Shown here: in pieces, positions 55,601-61,800 of the stretch
Numbering within the stretch: the first letter of the stretch is position 1
Layout of the letters: each line of letters opens with the position of its first letter
Assembly (NCBI GenBank): GCA_030141605.1
Contig: JAQGDQ010000660.1
Span: 1 to 64,000, forward strand
DNA: 64,000 nt
Reading direction: 5' to 3'
Source of the DNA: Tubiluchus corallicola
Lineage: Eukaryota > Animalia > Priapulida
Program-made: the position numbers and the translations under genes
The notes under the pieces: model-generated
What the model saw: the letters and a program-made list of their open reading frames with translations, nothing else
Databases searched by the model: none
Told to the model about the DNA's origin: nothing

Positions 55601-58600
55601 TTGTTGTCAGAATAGCTACCATTAACCCTTTCACTACAGTAGGCGGCACACTGCGCCCTATGTTTTTACTGCAAAAGACGGAAGGCGGGTAGGCTGACGC
55701 TTAAGATTAGCACTAAGCACAGTCACCCAAGTCTGATTATTTCACTGCTACGGCCATAGAAAACGTTTTAGAAAAGTTTAACAGCCATGGTATTGGGGGT
55801 TACTTCCCAGCAAGTATTGCTAACAAGGCAATCAGTGTCTGAAGACAGAAGCAATTCACAACACTGTACTGTATGGTATGCTCCCATGCAAAATCACTTG
55901 TAGATTGTTGATGAAACATATATTCACTTGACTATTCTCCACTTCTTATGAAATGATTGCATATTATGGATTAGTATTACGCCTTTTGTGAAAACTGGTT
56001 TCAAAATATAAGTACATGCTTATTTATTTATCACGTGTGTGTGCATGAGTGCATATATGTGTGCTTGTATGTGTGCGCATGTGTAGAAATAAAACTAATA
56101 TTTAATTTTAGGTCTCGGTAACGAACAAATTATTTGTTTATTTACAAGATTCTGTTTTAGTAACACACCATAGGAAGTTATTGTCAAATGTGCACAAATC
56201 AATGTGGCCCAGTTAATAAACCAGTAATATTTGATTGTGTTGATTTAAATTTCAGTACCAAATAACAATGTGTGGACAAGTGGTTACTATGATGGTGAAA
56301 AGTGGTGGTGGGCTTCAACAGGAGAGGAGTTCACATTTACAGCGTGGGCACCTGATGAACCCTCCCTCGCAGGAGAAACTTACGTGATGTTAATGGCTTC
56401 ACAGGACTTCGAATGGGATGATGTATTCACAAAAGATACTGCACACCCTATGTGTGAAAGAGGTAATTTATGCAAAAAGCCAAAGCTTACTACATTTTCA
56501 CTATCTTAACTTAGTATGTGAATATTTTTATCTAGTTTTTCACACCAAATTATTTTCATTTTGCACTGATTCTAAATGTTTACTTATTTGTATATCAGGC
56601 CTATTACTAGCTCAGGTGATACTGGCTGGTTGTTATTTTCTGTGAGTCTTAGTGTAGGTATCATAAATTAGTGCGTTATGATTTGGGTTCACTTTGCAGT
56701 ATTAATTCATGCTTACAGCTGCTTACAGTTTTAGATGTTCACAAAGTTCCTTAAAATTTTTTTATTCATTTTGTTATAATGATATTGTAAGACCAAGTTA
56801 CAGTAATTCGTACTATAACTAGGCAAAACGTCGCTAAAGAATTTTGCACGTAAAGTTACAGTGACAACCCAAACCACACCACATTACACGATTCCACATC
56901 AAACCATACCACACTCACTACACTACACATTCACACCACACCCACCACATCCATACCATACATCACTACTCTCACCGCATCACAACATATCATCAGATCA
57001 TATCACCTACACCACACCACCCAAACCATGCCATTCACACCACACCTTTATCAAGACAACAGTGGTGATGATAGCAGCAGCAAAAACAACAACAACAGCA
57101 ACAGCACCAGCAGCGACAACGATAACAACAACAACAGCAACAGAAACTGCACGTCATACATGAACAGCAACAACAACATTAAATTTTACACAAAAGCAGA
57201 ACTGTGTAAAATGACAAAAACTTATTTTTTGCACCCACTAATGATCAATAATGCATGAACAGTAATATCACACTACTTACGTAATCTTATGTTTAACAAA
57301 AACGGCTTAATAAAATAAGCAATCTATAGGCATAATACAATGGATGACGTAACTAAGATTTAATTACGCTCTAGACTTCCCCAGTGGGAATCACGAAAAA
57401 GAAATGATAATTATTTCGTTCTTGTAGGTTATTGTGGAAATGTTTCAAAAAGAGATATACCTCATGAGGGACCCCAGTTCCTCTTCAATACAAAATGCCA
57501 GAAAACTCCCTCCAGAACTACGAGAAAGCTTCTCACAAACTATTTTTCTACATAGTGTTTGGTCAGAATTTTGCAAAAAAATCTAGTGGCTGGCTTCGGG
57601 AAACACTTATTGCAGGAAAGCTGGGGCTTCCTGGGAAAGTAAATTATGTCTGTTAAGCCCTATGTTGAATACTCTTTCGAATGATATATAGCACCCTTGG
57701 CTCTCACAGTCCATTTTTTCAAATCTTTGTTTTATAAGTGTTGTGAAAGGAGCCCATCATTTTTGGCATTTTTTTGCCTGCTGTGGGACACAGTAAGACG
57801 CGTGATTCATCTAACCTCTTGTTGATATATAATTTGTTGTAAATAGTTAAACTGACACTTTAGCAGTGCCGAGAAAATCACACGTTATATAAACATGTGA
57901 ATCTAGATAGACATGAAGATACTTGGAATTAATGTGTTGTCATAAGCTGAGTTTTCCCTGCTGTGGATTCAAAGTTCCACTCTCTCAGGGATACAGAATG
58001 TAAGACCTGTACATTATATCATATTCACTTTATCACAAAAACGTGTTAAAAGGCGTGAATCCTGCTTCTGATTGACTCAAATTCAAATTTCTTACCTGAC
58101 CCATCCCCCTGTGTGAAATTTATAAATCTATGTGATCTGCCATCAATATATTAATGGTGGCCATGGGGTCTAGGATCCAGCACTGGATTGTAACACTCTG
58201 GTACTCTATAGACAGCAATGACGACAGCAATGACATTACACAGGGCTGTTGACTAACATAAATGGCATTTCGCATACTATGCAGTATATATGTAATTAGA
58301 TAAGTGAACAGGTCAACTTACGTAAAAGACTAACACAACACTGTTAATGTACATTATCGCTAAAATCACGCAGTACAAAAATCAAGTACAAATCAGTACA
58401 AAATCAGCCATGAGAGATGTGACATTCTCCAATTGAAAAGTCAGAAGCATCTTCGTAATCATGATCAATCATCCAGTTACCAGATTAAGGCATTTATGTA
58501 TCGGTCATACCCTGAGGCTACTATAACAATTAATGTGTTATTTTTCAGTGGCTAGAGAAGTCCGATCTGAATACAGGGGCTGTTGGCTGTTTCCACCAGA

Positions 58601-60071
58601 CGTTCAGTTTACAGAAGAACGGCGGGCAGTGAAAACAGCCTCCGAATGCCTGGCTGAATGCAGACGACCTGAGCTGTTGGATAATGGCCAATTAACAATA
58701 GGCTATTTTGCCATTATGGGAAAAAAAGATTGGGCAAATATATGTTATTGCGATCTCCTTGGTACTGGCAGGGCTACCTCTGCAGCTGATAAGGCATGCC
58801 CTCAGTGCATTGATGGCAGTTATTGTGGTAGCAGTAATTCATATGCTGTATATGACACAGGAGGTAAGAATCAATGCTTTAATGTATAATAATATGTGGG
58901 CAGTTTGTAGAGAAGGTAAACAACAGAAAAACGTTTTTTACATTAATGGTGTTCCTATTTTTAGTCAGGCGTTTCCCACTGAATAAGAGCATACTTGTGA
59001 AAAAGACAGAGAAAATGGAATTCTTTTTGGTTTCTTTCAATAGTCTATTTTCCCTTACTGGTAACTGGGGGGCTGTTAGATAATGGTGAGGGTGTTATAT
59101 TGGTTTTTCACAATTTTGTTTTCGACGAGTGATATATTGAGTGTCGTAATTGACTCGTCTGTGTTGTTTTTGTAAGTGTAAGTCTATGAAGGTTAAAATC
59201 GGTACTGCACAAAAAATAGCTAGTATTTATAACAACATGGTACTGCTTACATTTCGATACACTCCTGATGTATTGTGAATTTTATAATTATTCAGTCCAT
59301 TAGGCATATGTTGACAATTTTTATATGGTTGCTCCTTCTACCCTAAAACCTGGTTATGCCCCTTTTGAAGCTCCTCCATACGATGGCCTTATACACTTTG
59401 CAGAAGCTTACAAGTTTCGTTGTCACCTTCATCTCGCTGTGGCTGAATTTACCATTTGCATATTTAAGCGGGGAGTAATTTGCAACACCTGTTGATTAAG
59501 CAAATGAAATGTTGTTAAAGAGAGGCTTAGAATATTCTAAGTGGTTCATCTTAGTGGGACAGCTTTCATAACGAGCCAGATTCTGGCCTTCAGCTAGGTA
59601 ATGAGCCACAGATATCAACATTAAATAGGCTATGTCACTGAGTACTCCCATTCGCTTTTGGAACAATTTCTATAAAAATGATAACTAAAATTAAATCCAT
59701 CAGTAATGTGTATTTTTTGATATTTGCAATAATGGATGCCAAATTAGTAACATCAACTAACTTATTAATGTGTGTTACAGGGCCTCATGAATACTACCAG
59801 GGATGCTTCTCACTTTTTCGCTGGCATGCTTATTTCCAAATACACCACAAACTTAAACAGACTGTTAAAATTGACAAAGAGTGTGAAGAAGTATGCTTAC
59901 AAAAAGGCTATTATTTTAGCAGCATTGTTTTGAATGACCTTGATGAGTATACTTGTAAATGTGGTAATGGTTTTCCATTCACGAGATATTCATTATCCTG
60001 TATACGCTGCTCCATGACTACTACTGGCACATGTCCTGGAAAAAATTCTGCCGTTGTTTATGTTACTAGAA
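4617..60071 (+). CDS. Large secreted or cell-surface multi-WSC / C-type-lectin protein (signal peptide + 10 WSC + 2 CTLD + at least 2 WSC); 20 coding exons; 3' end not found in window
   Basis: Hand-built GT-AG model: 4617-4680, 6886-7113, 8687-9019, 10391-10669, 12202-12253, 14612-14877, 17177-17347, 20769-20960, 26766-27059, 35165-35542, 37293-37586, 40591-40824, 41951-42076, 43190-43369, 44477-44656, 47378-47590, 54898-55077, 56256-56462, 58549-58863, 59781-60071. All phases are compatible, there is no internal or junction stop, and the total is 4477 nt. Confidence 0.85.
5581..5630 (+). ncRNA. Degenerate minimal hammerhead-ribozyme-like motif (Penelope-type)
   Basis: CTGAAGA, then stem CTTAAGC/GTTTGAG, then GAAACATATAGGG. 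Confidence 0.3.
6477..6558 (+). repeat. Degenerate interstitial (TTAGGG)n-like tract
   Basis: ttagggttag...ggttagggtt...ggggttagggttagggt. Confidence 0.7.
6886..7113 (+). CDS. Exon 2: WSC domain 1 (type E)
   Basis: ttttttcAG|GA ... T|GTaagt; DSRGCFHG...[26 protein letters not shown]...CRSC...[13 protein letters not shown]; 228 nt, phase 1-1. Confidence 0.9.
8250..8510 (+). mobile_element. Penelope-like element 3' relic with hammerhead-like motif (8465-8500)
   Basis: [13 protein letters not shown] (from 8276) resembles the C-terminus of Penelope ORFs. It is followed by CTGAAGA-T-GACTGC-loop-GCAGTT-GAAAC. Confidence 0.55.
8687..9019 (+). CDS. Exon 3: WSC domain 2 (type A)
   Basis: catttAG|TA ... 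G|GTaagt; [14 protein letters not shown]...CLSAC...GCHC...CTKC...[16 protein letters not shown]; 333 nt, phase 1-1. Confidence 0.9.
9312..9550 (-). mobile_element. Solo LTR (Gypsy-like, 4-bp TSD), family shared with 19582-19790
   Basis: TGTAA...TTACA termini, TSD TTTA, minus-strand AATAAA; clear similarity to 19582-19790. Confidence 0.75.
10391..10669 (+). CDS. Exon 4: WSC domain 3 (type B, 6-Cys variant)
   Basis: tttactatAG|GG ... A|GTgagt; [12 protein letters not shown]...[13 protein letters not shown]...[16 protein letters not shown]...VLVYGTE; 279 nt, phase 1-1. Confidence 0.9.
12202..12253 (+). CDS. Exon 5: 52-nt micro-exon, N-terminus of WSC domain 4
   Basis: ttttttcAG|AG TGG...; [16 protein letters not shown]; donor AA|GTCAGT (phase 2) joins the phase-2 acceptor at 14612 (AA+C = Asn) and restores a complete WSC domain. 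Confidence 0.75.
12560..12705 (-). mobile_element. tRNA-derived SINE relic
   Basis: Minus strand has A-box-like TACCTCAGCTGG and B-box-like GGTTCAAGTGCC at tRNA-like spacing; no clean cloverleaf. The 3' boundary is approximate. Confidence 0.55.
14020..14131 (-). mobile_element. PIF/Harbinger-like transposase N-terminal fragment
   Basis: [25 protein letters not shown] resembles the WVH...R...G.Y..LV.EL motif of Harbinger transposases. Confidence 0.45.
14567..15729. repeat. Source copy of the segmental duplicate 1-1163
   Basis: Matches 1-1163. The match may extend further 5' but the other copy leaves the window. Confidence 0.95.
14612..14877 (+). CDS. Exon 6: remainder of WSC domain 4 (type C, 10-Cys variant)
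   Basis: Pyrimidine-rich acceptor tgttttgtttgcAG|C; DELQTV...CIDAC...[13 protein letters not shown]...PCNIKC...ETCSG...CETCGG...IEVFQTK; T|GTaagg; phase 2-1. Confidence 0.85.
17177..17347 (+). CDS. Exon 7: N-half of WSC domain 5 (type D)
   Basis: ctttgcttAG|AT ... A|GTaagt; ...HIDGCFEHQ...[14 protein letters not shown]; 171 nt, phase 1-1. Confidence 0.88.
19230..19355 (-). mobile_element. MetaSINE-like tRNA-derived SINE
   Basis: Minus strand reads a decayed tRNA-like head then TCATACCAAAGACTTTAAAAATGGTACCAGTTGTTGCCATGCCTGGCA, which matches my recollection of the Meta central domain. Confidence 0.65.
19518..19581 (+). mobile_element. Decayed tRNA-like SINE head interrupted by a solo LTR
   Basis: GCCTCTATGGTGTAATGATTAGCA (A-box-like) followed by a decayed B-box-like GCTTAAGTACC. 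Confidence 0.4.
19582..19790 (-). mobile_element. Solo LTR (Gypsy-like, 4-bp TSD), second copy
   Basis: TGTAAAG...CTCTTACA termini, perfect TSD AGTG (19578-19581, 19791-19794), homologous to 9312-9550. Confidence 0.8.
20769..20960 (+). CDS. Exon 8: C-half of WSC domain 5 (type D)
   Basis: cattgcAG|AT ... G|GTaagt; [16 protein letters not shown]...[10 protein letters not shown]...[15 protein letters not shown]; 192 nt, phase 1-1. Confidence 0.88.
21300..21530 (+). mobile_element. Non-LTR reverse transcriptase fragment
   Basis: FVPIPRDK...[16 protein letters not shown] followed by QFGF (early RT motifs). Confidence 0.65.
22375..22470. repeat. Nearly pure A/T low-complexity tract at the broken end of LINE ORF1
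   Basis: (TAT/ATA/TTA)n-type run. Confidence 0.85.
24595..25120 (-). mobile_element. Solo LTR (526 bp) nested in the LINE RT domain
   Basis: TGTGAAA...TTTCCACA termini, perfect 5-bp TSD GATAC (24590-24594, 25121-25125), splits the AFDTVNH motif. Minus-strand TATA-like (about 24905) then AATAAA (24683-24688). Confidence 0.85.
26766..27059 (+). CDS. Exon 9: WSC domain 6 (type E)
   Basis: ctgttttAG|AC ... G|GTaagt; [11 protein letters not shown]...[17 protein letters not shown]...CICSNSYG...CSEC...[14 protein letters not shown]; 294 nt, phase 1-1. Confidence 0.92.
27960..28900 (+). mobile_element. Decayed non-LTR retrotransposon 3' fragment
   Basis: RVLGVIAD (post-RT motif) near 28010 and a C-terminal CCHC-like CKC...[10 protein letters not shown]. 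Confidence 0.5.
29121..29455 (+). repeat. 5' LTR of BEL/Pao element
   Basis: TGGACAAAAG...TTCAAACCA; by eye about 8 substitutions and 2 indels versus the 3' LTR; AATAAA 29408-29413. Confidence 0.92.
29462..29472 (+). promoter_or_regulatory. Primer-binding site complementary to initiator tRNA-Met 3' end
   Basis: TGGTAGCAGAG, 6 nt after the 5' LTR. Confidence 0.8.
29489..34676 (+). pseudogene. Disrupted gag-pol polyprotein of the BEL/Pao element
   Basis: ORF pieces 29483-29701, 29623-30348, 30367-32616, 32744-33013, 33047-33388, 33366-33686, 33589-34140 and 34080-34676 tile one polyprotein broken by stops and frameshifts. Confidence 0.92.
34696..35036 (+). repeat. 3' LTR of BEL/Pao element, preceded by polypurine tract
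   Basis: PPT GAGGGGGAGGA (34685-34695), then TGGACAAAAG...AAACCA. Confidence 0.92.
35165..35542 (+). CDS. Exon 10: WSC domain 7 (type A)
   Basis: gcgtgtAG|GA ... G|GTagct; [13 protein letters not shown]...CVFEC...YFAFLGK...MCYC...[13 protein letters not shown]...YDTG; 378 nt, phase 1-1. Confidence 0.9.
37293..37586 (+). CDS. Exon 11: WSC domain 8 (type B)
   Basis: attttcAG|AA ... G|GTaagt; FAYQGCYQY...CRWKC...[20 protein letters not shown]...IC...IYSTL; 294 nt, phase 1-1. Confidence 0.9.
38330..39330 (+). mobile_element. RTE-clade LINE relic with large internal deletion
   Basis: Endonuclease VYLPT and [11 protein letters not shown] lie directly next to [16 protein letters not shown] and LRFADDVAL, followed by YKYLGQ. 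Confidence 0.8.
40591..40824 (+). CDS. Exon 12: WSC domain 9 (type C, 6-Cys variant)
   Basis: taattttcAG|GT ... G|GTaaga; YTMGCFQ...[36 protein letters not shown]...VKVLRTS; 234 nt, phase 1-1. Confidence 0.9.
41951..42076 (+). CDS. Exon 13: N-half of WSC domain 10 (type D)
   Basis: ttgattccAG|AC; [41 protein letters not shown]; donor A|GTAGGT (phase 1). Not in the ORF track. Confidence 0.8.
43190..43369 (+). CDS. Exon 14: C-half of WSC domain 10 (type D)
   Basis: tatttccAG|AA; [17 protein letters not shown]...[32 protein letters not shown]; G|GTaaga; 180 nt. Not in the ORF track. Confidence 0.88.
44477..44656 (+). CDS. Exon 15: N-half of C-type lectin domain 1
   Basis: QHCPPGF...ACYHF...[25 protein letters not shown]; ctacAG| ... 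G|GTaagc; 180 nt, phase 1-1. Confidence 0.9.
47378..47590 (+). CDS. Exon 16: C-half of C-type lectin domain 1
   Basis: ttttttAG|AT; [32 protein letters not shown]...IDDV...VCEK; G|GTaact; 213 nt, phase 1-1. Confidence 0.9.
49850..50650 (-). mobile_element. CR1/L2-like LINE RT 3' fragment
   Basis: Minus strand YADDT (50495-50509) followed by [31 protein letters not shown]. Boundaries approximate. Confidence 0.7.
51042..52133. repeat. Head-to-tail tandem duplication, 545-bp unit x2
   Basis: accagtgtccagacgttgtgg at 51042 and 51587; both copies end ctctctaaagac; only scattered substitutions. Confidence 0.93.
53523..54574. mobile_element. hAT-type non-autonomous element
   Basis: Termini CGGGGCTGGT / ACTGGCCCTG; degenerate 8-bp TSD AACTCATC / TACTCATT. 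Confidence 0.6.
54898..55077 (+). CDS. Exon 17: N-half of C-type lectin domain 2
   Basis: DTCPPGF...GCYYY...[25 protein letters not shown]; aaacAG| ... A|GTaaga; 180 nt, same length as exon 15. Confidence 0.92.
55622..55700. mobile_element. Possible piggyBac-like terminus
   Basis: TTAA followed by CCCTTTCACTAC and a GC-rich subterminal palindrome; no partner end found. Confidence 0.35.
56256..56462 (+). CDS. Exon 18: C-half of C-type lectin domain 2
   Basis: atttcAG|TA; [32 protein letters not shown]...EWDDV...MCER; G|GTaatt; 207 nt, phase 1-1. Confidence 0.92.
56865..57180. repeat. Compound low-complexity tract: CACAC/CATAC-like pentamers then (AAC/AGC)n
   Basis: Directly visible; it explains the spurious His/Thr- and Asn-rich ORFs. 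Confidence 0.9.
58549..58863 (+). CDS. Exon 19: WSC domain 11 (type A)
   Basis: tttttcAG|TG ... G|GTaaga; EYRGCWL...CLAEC...YFAIMGK...ICYC...[22 protein letters not shown]; 315 nt, phase 1-1. Confidence 0.92.
59781..60071 (+). CDS. Exon 20: WSC domain 12 (type B)
   Basis: gtgttacAG|GG ... A|GTaagt; EYYQGCF...[13 protein letters not shown]...[19 protein letters not shown]...[14 protein letters not shown]; 291 nt, phase 1-1. Confidence 0.92.
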
Positions 60072-60719
60072 GTAAGTATGCAGATAATTTTGACCATCGT
60101 AAATTCACAACTTATGTTAACTGTACCCTTTGCTATGGGATACACGGGTTTTGTTTTTTCTTCCTTATTTATGTATATTTCTTTAGTTTCTCATATACAA
60201 AAAAATATAACATTTGCATAGCGTGGGCATGTAACTGTACTCTGGTGTGTGAAACAGCTCATGGGTCCCACTGTGTATTTTGATGTGTGAACGCTAATCA
60301 ATATCAAGTCTGATTAGTATAGACGGCTTTCTGCTCCATGCAACTATTTTTTAAAATCAAATCTGTTCTTCTAGGTGATAAGTCCAACAGATTGTCCCAC
60401 ACTGTTACAAATCCCTTCTTGCTCTATCTGATGACGCATACTATGACAGCATCTAGTGAACCCAAATTCTATTTTTAATTTCCGATAATAAACATGATGT
60501 TTTATTTATAGAATTTTCTTTGGAAGAAAAATAAAAAACGAGTTGACGATGTTTTTGGCGTAATTACTGAAGATTTTGTAAACAATAGTTATAAAAATGA
60601 GCCTTGAAAATGAAGAGACGACACCCTTTCTTTTTGAAAGTGCTTTTTTATTGAATTCACCGTGCTTGAATACATAGGACATGCATTTCACTCCTGAGCA
60701 TTTAACTGTTTAGCCTATC

Positions 60720-61800
60720 ACCCACGAGTCAAAGGTCAAACAATCCCAGCACTACTTATATCATTTGGTTTGTCTCATTGAGATCTTTAATTTGATGTAC
60801 AACAAGCTAGTTTTGGTTGATACTGGAAAGCATTTGTCTCCTCATCCCCTATCTCCAGAGGGTTAACCATTCTTATTAAACTTATTCTTATTAACCTTTC
60901 ATTTGATATGCTGCATGTTACTATTGCTCGACACTTGGTGCATTTCACTTCTTGACCCAATTTTTTCAGTTTTTGCCCCCTACTGGGGTCAGAGATCAAC
61001 CAATCTCTGGGTAATTATTACCATTCACTTTGTCCCATCGAAACCTTTCATTTGATAGACTACGTTAGTTTCAGTTGACACTGGAAAGCATTTGTCTCCT
61101 CGATCCCCATTTTACCCCCTAGTGGGGTCATAGATTAACCATTTTCATTGTACCCCATGCCTTTCGATTTGCCTCATCAAGATCTTTCAGTTGATATGCT
61201 ACAAGGTACTATTTCTTGACACTCAGTGCATTTCTGTTTGCAATCGCCATTTTTTGGTTTTCCCCCCAGTGGAAATTTTTCCTCATGTATGTCCCATATT
61301 TTGTGATGCACAAAGGACACAGCCCCACTTAGCAGTATGCCAAACATTGTCGCCCTAGCTCAAAAACTATGAGAAGAGATGAATCCTAAAGAAAAATAAA
61401 TGATGACCCACCTGCTCCGTGACCTTTGATCCTGCAATTCCCTTTGCCCAGAGAGTGTACCCTGTAAGTTTCTGGCTTCTAGCCCTCAGCATGTAAAAGG
61501 TCACCAAATGGGGAACCCAAATTTTGCATTTTGGCCCGTCTCTCGAGTGTTTAAGGCTTATAAGTACATCTAACCGACAGTAGCCAGATGCTTGTGAAAA
61601 AAATGGAAAAAACTGAAAGCCCTGGGAGAAGTTGCAAACTAAAGGAAAAACTACGTCCATTGCCCTTCCCCTTGACCAGTGTCAGTGGTCAAGAAGCTGT
61701 TGTTCGTCCTCCGCCCAGAGTTACCAACTTTGTGAGTTTGGTGACCCTAGCTTGTAAGGCTTATGAATTATTGAGCATTAAAGTTGCAGAGAATAAGTAA
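60720..61800. mobile_element. Non-autonomous element with internal subrepeats (possibly Helentron/HINE-like)
   Basis: Repeated blocks (actggaaagcatttgtctcctc x2, ggggtca-agat x2), plus gtgacctttga and gagtttggtgaccctagc motifs. Family assignment is a guess. Confidence 0.4.

Noticed and set aside
56861-57258. His/Thr-rich and Asn-rich ORFs as a mucin-like linker exon
   Set aside because: Translations of simple repeats with no convincing splice sites.
57428-57555. Candidate exon after a good acceptor (ttcttgtAG|GT)
   Set aside because: Phase-1 frame reaches TAG with no good donor and has no WSC/CTL motif; further WSC exons follow downstream.
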